A DNA stretch of 64,000 nucleotides from Vicugna vicugna (taxonomy: Eukaryota), in contig MU058059.1 of the NCBI GenBank assembly GCA_013265495.1, positions 372,001 through 436,000 on the forward strand, read 5' to 3'. The position numbers and the translations under genes were made by a program. Positions within the stretch are counted from its first letter, which is position 1, and the number at the start of each line of letters is the position of its first letter. The notes beneath the pieces were generated by a model that had not been told where the DNA came from, did no database searches, and saw only the letters and a list, made by a program, of their open reading frames with translations. Positions 1-13,059 of this stretch are shown here, in pieces.

Positions 1-3000
1 AAGGAAACCAGAAGCAGCACATTTCCTTCATCCAACTGGGTCCACCATATTGATTTTCTCATCTAAATATGCTTCATCAACTTCGGACTGCTAATGCTTG
101 TCTATGTATTTATTAAATAGTGTGGCGCCCTCTGAAAGCAATCACAACAACCTCACAGGGGTATCAAAAGCAATAATGATGTGCTGTTTAAACTCTGCAC
201 TGGATATGAAAATAGCACAAGCTCTGTTTACTATGCACAGGTGCACAATCCGGAAAACAAGCGGCTTTTATCTCTAACCTCATTCTGTGCTACAGTCCTG
301 GTACAGGGTGGATGGAAGAGGGAACTGCACGAGACTAGGGTGGCAGTTCTGGAACTACTCTGACCTAGTTGTGATGAAATTCTCAGGATCAACCTTTCCT
401 AACACTTGCTTTCCTTGCACCGCAATCTGGTCACTAGATGCATGACTCTTTCATCATGTCTTCATCCCTGTAGATGCGAACTCCCAGTTTGTTTAGGACA
501 AGGAACTTGTTATTACACCCTCTTCCAGGGACTCAATGTTTTGTTCCTTTCCTTTTTTTCCTGCATTTTCTACCCTCTCCTAACCCCACCAATCTCACTG
601 CAAGACCTACACCCAAGTCTACTGGCTAGGTCCACATGAGAGATATCCTAGACATGAAATATCCAGCCAAAATAGGTGGATGGATGGATTTTGAAATCTG
701 GCAGTGTTTTAATATTTCCATACAAAAGAGTGTAGGGGATAAAGATAACTCTGTATGCTTTCCTGTATTTTGTACACAGGATCACAGTCATATTGTGGAC
801 CATAGATTCCTCCCTCCTCCGTCCTCCCTCCTGCTGGGAGACCTACTCATGAGCTACTGCTGGATTTCTGCTATTGCCATACAACTCAATCTGTTACCAT
901 CTTTTCTGAATTATATGGTCCTCTCACTGGACCAAATTTATTAGCGTGCTTACTCTGCTCTAATAACATTTACCAGACCATGACCAATCACTAACATGAC
1001 ACAGAAAAAGATACACAGTTACTGTTTTAAAGTGGTGGTTTAATTTTTCAGGTATGAGGGCATGGAATTACCTTTGTAGTTTCACTCCATGTAGTTTCCT
1101 GTGTACTGTAACCATAAAGGAGCCTAGCTCTCATTCTATTTTCTGCTCCTGTGATTGAGAGTAAAGGGCTCTAAGGAAAACAGGTTTTCCAGGGCTCTTA
1201 AGTCATTATTTCCTGAATAATTCTGTAGCTGAATTCACTCATACTGAAAAGTCTGCAAGTTACAAGCTCCCAAAAGTGAGCTGCCTACTCCCTATTCGTC
1301 CATGATTTTGTTTCTATTTAAGGATGTCTCTCGTTTCCCTTCAGAATCTCAAGTACAGATACAGGATGGAGGAGAAAGACGGCTAAAGAATAATTAGAAT
1401 TCAATTCCCCAAATGATCAAACACAAACTTTAGCAGCTGTTGCAACAGGGAATGTACAGAGGAGTGACTAAAATATATTGAAATAACAAAAAATTGTCTT
1501 TATAATATGGGTATTACTGTGCTTATGAGACAGTGATATTAAAAAGGAAAGACCTAGTTAAAAAGAAAGACACAGCATAGCATCCAAATACGGCAACTGG
1601 TTCACACACTTCCTGGGATTCATTTGTTTCAGACATCATTAAAGGAAGACATTCCACTTACGGTTTCACCATTCTTAATCTGAAGGAAAATTCAGTGTAT
1701 TTCTATAGCTTGACATAGCAAAATTTGCAAATCTTCATAAAGAATGAAGATTATTAAGACGTGAACTGTTGGACTATCAGAGGAAATCTGAAAGTTGTAA
1801 CATAAGCTCAAAGGCCAATTCAAGTGCAGACAAAATCTCAACCAATGGGTTAGGCCAATCCCTTAACCAACGTGAGTCTTCACTTATCCGGTGTGGAACT
1901 GCTTTCCACGCACGAGAGACAGGTCAGGGAACAGTACTGGCAGAACTCACTCTCCAAGGCTTTCCAGAGGATACTGGAGTTCCATCTTGAGGCAAACAAA
2001 ACTGGACGAGATAGGTCTCTCTTCTTTATTTTCTAAAAATATCATTTTCAGTTTAATTTAAACATTGAGTGGGTGTCTAATCACGCTATATGACAAATGC
2101 CAAGGATGCAAAGACAAAAAGATAAAGTAGTACATAATCCAGTCTGGGATGAGCTCTTTGATAGGTACGCTAACAAACCAGACGGAAGGTCCCAGAAGAG
2201 ACATTAATTTTACCTCTTGCAGGGCGCTATAGAGTATTATGAAAGGTGGAACCATTAGGAACACAACATAAGGAAAGATGTTCTTGAAAAGGCTCAAATC
2301 TTCTTGGGGGCATGTAGGATGCAGCATTTCAAGAGACAGGATTAGACTGCGATCGAGGAAGAGCTGATGAGAGATGAGACTGGCCACGTGTGTCCCATTT
2401 GGTCTACATACGACAGGCAGTAGCCAGCGAACGTTGCTGAGTAGGAAAATAACAACTGAACTTTAGAACAGAACTTGGCAGCACCTGGAGAAACTGCGAG
2501 CACCTCCCACTCCTTGACTTACATCTTTGCCTTTTTCCTCTTCAATCCGAGGCCACGCCATCCACCTGTCTCAGGTCTCAGCCCCCCATTCCCAGAGGGA
2601 ACCTGACCCATCACTGGGCTCCTCTCTCTTCTAACTTCACCCTGATCTTTGCCCTTCCATTAACTTTCTTATAAGAATTTCATTATCAAGTGTTCATCAA
2701 ATTCCAAAACAATCACTTTCAAAAACTTCACAGGCACAAAGTAGAAGGTCCTAGGGGCATCTTTTCCCCTAAACACAGAACACTTTTGAAAGGAGGCAGT
2801 TGTGGGAAAGACAGAATGAGATATTGCGTAACTGCTTGTATTTTCCCTGTTTGTTCCTTGTTCCTCCCACGTTTATAGCGGCTCGTGTCATTTTAGCTGG
2901 TGGGCTATGGAAAGGGACCATAACGACTCCAAATATGGAAGAAGCTATTTGATGAGCTATGTTTTTCTTTCTAGATGCTTTCAAGCTGAAGAGCTAAACT

Positions 3001-3383
3001 GGATGTATATGTTAAAGTTTTGGGTTGAAGTAAAAAAATATATATATATATGTATTTAATTTTAGCTCAATAAGTGGTATATTCTGTCACAGTCTGGAGA
3101 CTTGTAATTCTCTTGTTCTCTTGAACACACCCCCACAGTACACTGTGACTCTCCTCTTAGCCAAAGCAGTAGCAAAAGCGAGTAGGAGGCAAATACATAC
3201 AACCAACAGGAAATCTGTCAGGTGAGGGGCTGCATACTCAATGGGCCACAGTCCCCCCACCTCTCTTCTGTAAACACTATCAAAAGTTATGATTTTAATT
3301 AATTCTTGCTCTCTTTTATAATGGATTAAATTTCCCACTTCCACGCTTTTAATAAATCTGTGGTGGAAACCCTAATTATAACT

Positions 3384-3385
<2 letters not shown>

Positions 3386-3412
<27 letters not shown>
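3386..3412. repeat. (AC)n microsatellite, ~13 units
   Basis: Uninterrupted ACAC tract read directly. Confidence 0.97.
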
Positions 3413-3414
<2 letters not shown>

Positions 3415-4669
3415 CAACAAACTCAGAAGACTGAAAAAGAAGACTCCTGATTCTCGAACGCTACTTAAAGGAAGTGAAAAACGACCAGAGACCACTACCC
3501 GCCTTGTATCTGATACGCATTATGAAATCTAATGAAGTCTTTTGGGGGGCTAACATTTAAGTAACCTAATACTTTTAATTTCAGAAGTTCAGGATGGAAA
3601 AGGGAGATATTTTTGAATAAATTAGATACAACTGCAAAAAAAGTTATTTATATTGTCATCATTCATAAAAAACAGTATTTTAAGAAGCAATGTCATCAAT
3701 ACTGTTTTCTCAACTCTTAGTCTGAGGACTATGCTGTTGAATACAGAGAACAATGCTATTTTCAATATGGAGAACCTAAAGTCTTCAGTACTGTCAGCAT
3801 TTATATTCACTATAAATTTACAAACACATGGGATTATTGTTAAGATAAAATGAATTGGTGGAAATAATTTACAGAGGATCAACCTGTGCTAGCCATAAAA
3901 AGTATTACATAATTACAAGTATCATGATGTATAATCATGGACATGTTCCCAGTTACTGGGCTTCATGGCCATGACTGAAAGCACGCAGTCATTGACAAGG
4001 AGAACAACTACAGCAAAATTCTCAGCAGCTCCCCATCTGGGACGGGGACGATTTGTCACTGACCCTTTAATCATGATGAAAAAAGTAAAGATGCTTCACG
4101 TAGTACTTGAAAGTTTATCTGTAGCAACTTCCAACTTAAAGAAGACTCTACCCAGTATATCAAGCTCTCCTTAAAAGCAGCCTCTAAGGACACTAATGAC
4201 CACTAAACAGGGTCCATACACAGAGCCCCTGAGAACAGTTTTTGAGCCCTCCAAGAAAAGCCAGAGTAGAGGAAAAGATCCTCATCTGGGAAAGTAAACC
4301 AATTCAATTTCGTAACTGAAAATAATGGTAATAATTTAGAAAACTCTTGCAATGACATTTTGTACTTTACACGTACGACATTCCTTGAGTCGGCATGTTA
4401 TGTAATAAAATGAGGGGTGGCAGGGACTGAAGTGGACACCATGAAACAATTTTTAATGAAGATATTCTTCATGCATGCAGCCCAGTGTTGCTTTAAGCAA
4501 TTCGATTTGGTCAACAGTTTTCACTCTGAAGTTTTAGGTAATCTGAGCTTTTAAATTCTTAAGTTTTAGATTCAATCTAGAAATCCAGTAATAGATTTAG
4601 AAATTACCCAAGATTGTAAATATAGTGGATCATCCCTAAGGTCTCTGTAGAATAAACATTTCTATATGT

Positions 4670-5900
4670 GCCTTACTGAAATATAATGTACATGCAATAA
4701 AATTCATCAACAACTCACATACAACTTTATAATATCTGTAATGTACATGTTCTTTTCTAAACACCATTTCAATCAGGATATAAAGTATTTCTGCATCCCA
4801 GAAAGTTCCCTTGTGGCCACCGGTAGGCAATCCTCTCACCTCATCCCCAGTTTCTGGAAACCATTGTTCTGCTTTCTGTCATGGTTAACACGATGAATTA
4901 CACTGACTTCTGAATGTTAAACATATCTTCCATCCTTGGAATGAAACTCAGTTGTTCTGTCTTTCCTAATAATAACTTGTTTATTCTCTGTTGATCAGTC
5001 TAGCTAAAGATTTGTCAGTTTGACTATTATTTTAAAAAATATGCCTTTTGGTTTTAATTTGTTTTCTATTTCTATTTCACTGAGTTTTTGATTAATGCTT
5101 ATTATCTCCTTCCTTCTGCTTGCTTTGGGTTTAATTTTCTCATATTGCTACAGTCTCTTTAAGCAGTAGCTTAACCCATCAATTTGATATTTTTTAATAT
5201 AAGCACTTAATACAAAAAAGAATTCCCTCTAATTATTGCTTAGCTGAATTTTACCCATTTTGCTCTGCAGTGATTTCACTTTCAGTCAGTTCAAAATATT
5301 TTCAAATTCCCCTTGTGATTTTATCTTTGAAAGATGAATTATTTATAAGTGTGTTGTTTGATCTCCAAATATTTACCAGATCTTATGATACTCTTCTATT
5401 ACTAAGATCCAGTTTAATTCCTTTGTGTTCAGAGACCATTCTTTGCATGATTTCAATCCTCTTTCATTTGTTGAGACCTGTTTTACAGCCCCACACGTGG
5501 TCTCTCCTGGTGAATGTTCTGGGTGTATATTCCCTGTTGTTGTATGAAATATTCAAGCAGGTCATGGAAGATGTCAGTTTTGTCCAAGTCTTCTATCCCT
5601 ACCTGTCTCCTCGACTTGCTTTATCAGTTACAGAGAGTGGAGTGTTAAAATACCCAAGTATAGTTGGGACTTGTCTATTTCTCCTTTCAGTTCCATCCAG
5701 TGTTGCATCTTCTGATGTGAGGCTCTGTCATCAGGCGCACATGCATTCACGACTCAGTGATCACTGTGAAATATCCCTATTTTCCCTGGTAATACTCCTT
5801 GTTCTAAAAACCTATTTGTTTGACATTAATAAAGCCATCCAAGCTTTCTTTTGATTAGTGCCTCCATGGGATGTCGATTTCCATCTTTTTACTTTAACAT
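4670..5900 (-). mobile_element. Ancient LINE-1 (L1M-type) remnant: 3' end joined to internal ORF2 fragments
   Basis: Antisense old-L1 3'UTR motifs (cccagaaagttcccttgtg; ccattgttctgctttctgtc) followed by antisense ORF2 N-terminal-region motifs (tccagtttaattcctttgtgttcagaga; tggtctctcctggtgaatgttc). Boundaries approximate. Confidence 0.8.
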
Positions 5901-5914
5901 CTCACAGGATTGTG

Positions 5915-6520
5915 TTTCCTCCACCCCTCCACCAACGCACCCCTGTCCCATCCACAGACTTCCTGTGTGTCCGTGAGTGAAATACCAGCCACTCACTCAG
6001 CTGCTCAGGACAGAAACCTGGGAATGATCTTAATTCCTCTTTTATCTGTCAAGCACATCCTAATGATTCTTCAGAAAGCAGCACAGATTCATCCACTTTT
6101 CTCCACATCCTAAGCATGAACCTGAAGGAGGTCCAAGTCCTCACAACATTAGAACTTCTCACTCCCTCCTAAGCTCCCACTCTTAGCACCCCCACTCCAC
6201 TTCCCGCACAGCAGCAAGGGTGATCTTAGCATCCTTTACATTTCCACCCTGGTTTAAATCCTGCATTCTCTCCCACTGCTCTTAAAACAAAACCCAGACT
6301 CTTATCATGACCTGGAAGGCCTGTATAATTGGTGCCCTGACTCCCTCTCTAAACCCATCTCTCCCTGTGGCCACCAGCTTTGGTTCTGCCTGCTCTTCCT
6401 GCTTCTTGATTCTATTAAACTCTTTTCCATTTAGGACTTTGGCTGTTGCCTCTAGCTAGAGGAAATTCATCTCAGCATTTTCCATCATTAGCATTTAAAC
6501 TGAGACCTTATATACACGAA
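5915..6520 (+). mobile_element. L2 LINE remnant
   Basis: L2-like motifs cagctgctcaggacagaaacctggga, gcagcaagggtgatctt, aaaacccagactcttatcatgacctggaaggcc. Confidence 0.7.
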
Positions 6521-6544
6521 AGAGCTCTCTCTCCACTAACACAG

Positions 6545-6850
6545 TCTTTCAATAAATATTTGTTCAGCGCCTACTAGATGCCAGACACTGATTGCTGAGA
6601 ATAAAGCAGTAAATCTAGAGGTATCTGGTCACTGCTCTAGAGGAACTTATAATTCAGTGGAGAAGACCGACATCGTTCAGTGAAAGTGCAAATAAACATT
6701 GGAAGAAATCCCTTAAAGAAAGTGAACACAGCTCTACAGACTGAAACAGACGGAATCTGCAAACAAGGCTTCTGTGAGGCGGGGTTCTTTGGCCATGATC
6801 TGAAGGAGAATTAAGAGTTAAATAGCATATTGTGAATTCAGTAGAGATAA
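6545..6850 (-). mobile_element. L2 3' end remnant
   Basis: ttcaataaatatttgttcagcgcctactagatgccagacactg resembles the antisense L2 3' terminus. Confidence 0.7.
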
Positions 6851-7681
6851 AAAGCATATTAATTGAAATTTTAGCTCATATACATGTACTGTTAACAAGA
6901 TTTATTATGACAATTTTGATTAGACACACCATGATAAGTAATTAGTTACAACAACTCTCAATTTGGCACAATCTTGTCATATATCTAAAAGCAAAATTAC
7001 GGGTTTTTAAATTTCAAATGGAGAGAAATGATATTTTGTGCATGGTGAGACAGAAAAGCCTAGAAAAAAGTAAATAGAGTATTTTTAATAAACTTTTGAT
7101 TCCTAATTTGTAAACTGAGTAAAATAAAAACTTATTTACATGACTTATAGGGACTAGTTTAGTAAAAACAAGAAGTGCTTGCTTTTCCAAAAACACATGT
7201 TTTAGGCCTCATCTGAATATCTCAACCCAGTTCAATCCTTCTTTTGATCTGGGCCTAAAGAGAGAGGCACAATGAACAAGTACAAGGGACAGAGACATCA
7301 GAGTATTTCAGATTTGTTTCCGGAGCTGTCCTCTCAAATGGCCTGGGCCGGAGGTAAAGCTAGTGCTCTTCCAGAGGTCTGATGTCACTGGATATATGCC
7401 ATCAAAGTGACTGAAAAGTAAGATCTTAAGTCCCATTTTCTTTCTGGCCTCTCAGCTGTGTCTCCTCATCTGTAACGTCCTTTCTGCTTACTAACATTTA
7501 CCCAAATCCTCCTTTTGTTCTAAAGCTGACCTTGAAACTAAACTCCTCTTCCCCAACTCCCGCCATCTTTATAAAAGTTTCTCTGGCGGCAAATTCTAGC
7601 ACTCTACGCTTGGCGATATTTAGTCATCTGTTACCCTGCCATCCAATGTAGCTGTTTTAAAGGCGTATTACTTTCACATCC

Positions 7682-8110
7682 TGTGTCAGTTAACCCTTGC
7701 TGTTTACTAAATCACCCCCAAAATTCAATGGGTGAAGACAACCGCCATTTATTTGGCTCAAAATTCTGTTGGTCTGGGCCAGGTTTGACTGATCTCAGCT
7801 AGGTTAGCTCATGCATTTGAGATCAGTTTGAGGGTCAGCTGGCCCTAGATGTCCTCACTCCCAGGTCTGCCAGTTGATAAGCCAAGTGCTTCTCACACCC
7901 TGTGCTTCTTCCCACGGATACCAGGCACTAAAAGTATCAAGAGGCAAGCTCTACAGTGCAAGCGCTTTCCAAGACTCTGTTTGCATCCTGTTTGCTGATG
8001 TCCCAGGGCCAGAGAAACCCACTTTCAGATGGGAACATGGTTTGAAGTGGCTCTGGAAAAGGCAGGGGATGTAAGAAGGCTCTGTCTGGAGAAATAAGGT
8101 ACTTTGCTGA
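7682..8110. mobile_element. MLT1-type (ERVL-MaLR) solo LTR remnant
   Basis: tgtgtcagtta...aaatcacccccaaaattcaatgg...atttatttggctca...gctcatgcatt...gggtcagctgg resembles MLT1 LTR sequence. Right boundary uncertain. Confidence 0.6.
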
Positions 8111-8319
8111 GGAATGTGGTGAATTCCACGTCTGGACATCAGCACTTACATATTAAATCTGAGGATGTAGAAAAGTTAAATTACCCTAATCCTGTTTGAA
8201 ATCTTCAGAAACCTAATATTCTAGATTTTTGGTGCAAAATGTCTTTAAAGGAGCAATCAGCAATGTCACAGAATTGAAATCTATGGTGTTAGAAAAAGTG
8301 TGAACTCCATTGGGCTTTT

Positions 8320-9512
8320 TTTTTTTCTCTGTGATTTATCATAACATGTTGTGTATATTTCCTTGTGCTATACAGTGTAATCTTGTTTATCTATTCTACA
8401 ATTTTGAAATCCCAGTCTATCCCTTCCCACCCTCTACCCCCCTGGTAACCACAAGTCTGTATTCTCTGTCCATGAGTCTATTTCTGTCCTGTATTTATGC
8501 TTTGTTTTTGTTTGTTTGTTTTTGTTTTTTAGATTCCACATATGAGTGATCTCATATGGTATTTTTCTTTCTCTTTCTGGCTTACTTCACTTAGAATGAC
8601 ATTCTCCAGGAGCATCCATGTTGCTGCAAATGGCATTATGTTGTCGGTTTTTATGGCTGAGTAGTATTCCATTGTATAAATATACCACATCTTTATCCAG
8701 TCACCTGTTGATGGACATTTAGGCTGTTTCCATGTTTTGGCTATTGTAAATAGTGCTGCTATGAACATTGGGGTGCAGGTGTCATCCTGAAGTAGATTTC
8801 CTTCTGGATACAAGCCCAGGAGTGGGATTCCTGGGTCATATGGTAAGTCTATTCCTAGTCTTTTGAGGAATCTCCACACTGTTTTCCATAGTGGCTGCAC
8901 CAAACTGCATTCCCACCAGCAGTGTAGGAGGGTTCCCCTTTCTCCACAGCCTCTCCAGCATTTGTCATTTTTGGATTTTTGAATGACGGCCATTCTGACT
9001 GGTGTGAGGTGATACCTCATTGTAGTTTTGATTTGCATTTCTCTGATAATTAGTGATATTGAACATTTTTTCATGTGCTTTTTGATCATTTGTATGTCTT
9101 CCTTGGAGAATTGCTTGTTTAGGTCTTCTGCCCATTTTTGGATTGGGTTGTTTATTTTTTTCTTATTGAGTCGTATGAGCTGCTTATATATTTTGAAGAT
9201 CAAGCCTTTGTCGATTTCACTTGCAAAAATTTTCTCCCATTCCGTAGGTTTTCTTCTTGTTTTATTTCTGGTTTCCTTTGCTCTGCAGAAGCTTGTAAGT
9301 TTCATTAGGTCCCATTTGTTTATTCTTGCTTTTATTTCTTCTAGGAGAAAATTTTTGAAATGTATGTCAGATAATGTTTTGCCTATGTTTTTCTCTAGGA
9401 GGTTTATTGTATCTTGTCTTATGTTTAAGTCTTTAATCCATTTTGAGTTGATTTTTGTATATGGTGTAAGGGTGTGTTCTAGCTTCATTGTTTTACATGC
9501 TGCTGTCCAGTT
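8320..9512 (-). mobile_element. Young 5'-truncated LINE-1 with perfect 12-bp TSD
   Basis: TSD CATTGGGCTTTT at 8308-8319 and 9513-9524. The right flank reads TT/AAAA on the minus strand (L1 endonuclease consensus). Contains an open ORF2 3' part and a short 3'UTR. Confidence 0.97.
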
Positions 9513-9515
9513 CAT
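8529..9515 (-). pseudogene. LINE-1 ORF2p C-terminal fragment (328 codons, no endonuclease or RT domain)
   Basis: Translation shows ORF2p motifs [31 protein letters not shown], the cysteine-rich [26 protein letters not shown] and MEYYSAIK. The ATG comes from the target site. Confidence 0.95.
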
Positions 9516-10369
9516 TGGGCTTTTAAATTAAAAATTCTACCAGTAATTTATCACACTCAGGTATTTAAAGTTTGCATATTAATTATATATCATGAATCAT
9601 TTGTGACATTTATATAATGTAGAAATCTAAGATTACTAGGTGGTTTCCACTGCTATTTGGGTACAAATTGATTGATCAAAGTATATGCTTTCTGTTTATC
9701 ACATAAGAAGCACCAAAATAAATCATAAATGCCAATCTGCCTAGAATCACTATTAACACATGTGGTCTGTCTATTACTGTACAGAGCCAGCCTATCCCCT
9801 CATTCCATTCTTGGGTCCTTTTGCTGCCCACTGGCATAGAAGGAGCTTATAGATGCACCATGCAGCCCCATCCTTCTAACTACTGCTTATTGGGTTTAAA
9901 TAAGTAACTAATGAAAATGGACCAGTTCAACTTAAGAAATAGAATCTGGTCCACAGGGATGGACTCAGCTCTAGATAGTTGATCTGAGAATTCTATGAAA
10001 AGTACACTCTGGGGACCACTGCACTAGCTACATTCAAGTGTGGAGGGAGCTGTCTGAAGGTAGAAAGATGGCAATAAAGTAGATTTAAAGAAAGAACAAA
10101 AGAGGAGAGGCCATAAGGCCCACAAAGATGGTCAGCCAAAGAGAGAGATGGCTGCCCAGATGCCAGGCTGGACTCCTAAAGCTTACCTACATAAAATCCT
10201 CCTCAGGTCTCACCCCAGTAAATCCTCTTCATCTAGGCTAGCTAGAAAGAGATTATGCTCCTTAGAAGGAAATGATCCTATAACATCCAATCTTCTTTTT
10301 GCTCATGAAACGGGTTGGTTCAACGGCTAATTCAAAGAATAATATCCACTCTATTTTAGGTTGATTTTT

Positions 10370-10482
10370 TTTTTTTGGAGGGGAGGTAATTAGGGTCATT
10401 TACTTATTTATTTTAATGAAGTACTGGAGACCCAGGACCTCGTGCATGCCAAGCATGCACTCTACCAGTTACATCTTCCCCC
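10370..10482 (-). mobile_element. tRNA-derived SINE, vic-1 type (camelid)
   Basis: Antisense tRNA-like head (cccaggacctcgtgcatgccaagcatgcactctacca), gggaggtaattagg body and T-tract. Degenerate TSD at 10352-10369 and 10483-10500 (15/18). Confidence 0.88.
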
Positions 10483-11144
10483 TAATTTAGACTGATTTTT
10501 ATATTAACATTTGAGGGTTGTGTGTCAGGAGCTGAGTGTCACTTCTAATTAATAAAGAGGGTTATCAGCCAGTCCAAACCAAAAATTAAATAAAAACATA
10601 AGTAATCAGCTCACAGACATCACTAGAGCATCACTGATGGTACTGGAACATTTGAGTCAATCTGCTACTCTTTCTTTCACTGGAGTAATCTTAGCAGCTT
10701 AACTTACCCTTTCATGGCTAAAATGAAAATCTACTTTGATGCTGTATTTAACAGTATTCCTTTCCCAGTATCCTTTGACACTGGTCCCATTTCCCCCTTT
10801 ATCTCAATATTTCTGAATTTATTTTTTAAATTATTAGTGGTACTCTAAACATCACCATATTTAAAAACAGTTGGAAACTATATAATAAAACATAGTTTCT
10901 ATCTCTCTGTGGAACATCTTAAGATAATGAATGCTGACTAGTGATCTAATCTTCTCACTACTTTTAACACTGTTTAAAAACCCAATCAGTCGTAATTCGT
11001 GGACTACTGAATACTTTGTGAAACCTTGCATTTATTTGCCACTATGAAGACAATCCCTTTCAAAATTATAATCATAAATAATTTCTTGAGAAAATTATGT
11101 TTTTATTTTTATAAAAGATTTAAAACTTTGACCAAGTGCACTTT

Positions 11145-11280
11145 TATTAGCAAGAATGTAAGGTCCATAAAAGTAGGACTTTTCCTCAGTTTTGCTTATT
11201 AATGTTATGTTCAGTATCCACAGAAGTGCTGAGCACACAGCACATGCCTAATACACACTTCATGAGTAAATAAATGAGTC
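11145..11280 (+). mobile_element. L2 3' end remnant
   Basis: agaatgtaaggtccataaaagtagga...agaagtgctgagcacacagca...aaataaatga. Confidence 0.65.
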
Positions 11281-11904
11281 ACAGAAAGCATCAATAGATG
11301 AAAAATAAAAAACATCAGACTTCCATGATCCACTGTCTCTAACTTATTACACGACCCTGGGCATGTGCTACATTATTTTTATCCATCACTCATTACCTAA
11401 ATATTTATTGAGTGTCTCTTATTTGTCAGGAACTACAGCTGAGAGCAAGGATATTAAGATGAATACATTACAGACAGTTCTCTCTAGGAGCTCACAATGA
11501 ATAGGTCAATTGTTGAGTATATATTCTTCACATGACAAGATAATAAGTAGGACAGAGGTTGAATAAATAAAGTGCTCAATGAACTTAGAGCAGGGTGCTT
11601 CCCATTTCTTAGAATAAGATTATGCGAAAAAAAAATTTCCCTATGTAGTCATCTATCAATCCTTCTACAGGTCACCAAGGTACCAATCAGACATTACAAG
11701 GATCGTGTATTAAATGTAAATGGCCTAAAATTGGTAGCAGAGCATCAGAAACATCTTTCTTGCCCATGTATTAAAAATTTCCTTCAAAGTGACTTACTAT
11801 AAATGCTTTACAATTTATATAGCACTGAGACTAGGCGTCCAACAAAATAGTTTGTTAATACACTGCAGATCAATGATTTCTTTTAGAACATATATGAAGA
11901 AGGT

Positions 11905-12020
11905 CTAGTTAGGTGCTAAAGAGCCCTGGACTTTGGATTCAGACAAAACTGGGTTTTGACTCCAACCCCATAAATTCCTATGTCACCTACCTAGTAAGTC
12001 AAGTCCAAGTTTTCATCTAC
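11905..12020 (+). mobile_element. MIR remnant
   Basis: aagagccctggactttggattcagacaaaactgggttttgactcc matches the MIR 5' part. Confidence 0.65.
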
Positions 12021-12559
12021 ACTACATTTGAAAACTCTCTGCTGGTGTCAAGAAACACAGTTCATATAGGCAAACTGATGCCTCTTATAAATTACCTATC
12101 TTTCCTGCTCACCTGTAATTATGGATCACTGTAGATTCCAATTTACAGTATGGAATATACATAACTTTAATTGACTTCATCAGAACCACTAAAATTATAG
12201 AGTCTTAATTTTTTTCTTGCTTAGAACTTCTCTAACACCAATGACAGGGAACTCTGAATCTTCTCAACTCAATCATCCAACAAGGATTTAATATTTAACA
12301 AAAATAAACACTGAATGTCCAGATTTACCATTTACTCTGAACATATATGTTCTGTTAATGAAAGAAACACAAGTCATCATGTGCTAAATGAAAGGAGACA
12401 GAGTAACAGGAAGAGTGACATCAAGCCCATTGAAAATGCTTATATTTCAAATTCTTTAAATTAAAGGATTTAATGGAATTTTACATTTAGACTCCTTAAA
12501 CTCTTATATAAAGTTTCCACACTATAGCATTGGTAATTACAACGTTCACAAGGACCAAT

Positions 12560-12745
12560 TTTATACAGCTTTAAAGCTCAAAAACACTTTCACAAATATT
12601 CGCTCCTTTAATTACCACAACAGTGTAGTGAAGCATGCGTGTGTATGTTAAGAAAATAAACTAAATCTCAAGAGGCCGAGAAAGTCAAGGCCTAAGATCA
12701 CAGTTAGTACCTGGTCCTCTGACTTCACGTCCAGTGCCTTTCTCT
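12560..12745 (-). mobile_element. MIR remnant
   Basis: cactttcacaaatattcgctcctttaatt...cctaagatcacagttagt...ctctgacttcacgtccagtgc. Confidence 0.65.
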
Positions 12746-13008
12746 CAGACTTAGTTTCAGGGCAAATATAAACAGCCAGAAGGTATTTGTGGACACACTT
12801 TATTCTTCTTTGCCTGACAACGATTCTGACATCTTAATTATACTCTCAGATTTTCAATACACCTGAGCAGATCTCTTTTAATAAATTTGCCAAGAAACAG
12901 ACTAAACATTTTGCTATTCCTACATAAAATTGACTTTGACAAAGAATATAAAAGAAAAATTCACTAGACCACAATCTTCTTAACATCACATTATAAAAGT
13001 GAGCCTGA

Positions 13009-13059
13009 CTCTACTCCAGAAATTAATACAACATTGTAAACCAACTACACTTCAATAAA
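13009..13059 (+). mobile_element. Extremely 5'-truncated L1 3' tail (~50 bp) with TSD
   Basis: ccagaaattaatacaacattgtaaaccaactacacttcaataaa matches the L1 termini near 51680-51720 and 61370-61410. TSD at 12993-13008 and 13060-13075 (14/16). Confidence 0.88.

Noticed and set aside
1072..1105. 34-nt minus-strand micro-exon-like pattern (ggttacag|...AAAG|gtaatt)
   Set aside because: Weak polypyrimidine tract. Such patterns arise often by chance in 64 kb.
5270..5854. 194-aa plus-strand ORF
   Set aside because: Lies antisense within an ancient L1, has a non-ATG start and shows no recognisable domain.
9028..9531. 167-aa plus-strand ORF
   Set aside because: Antisense frame of the L1 ORF2 fragment, a common artefact.
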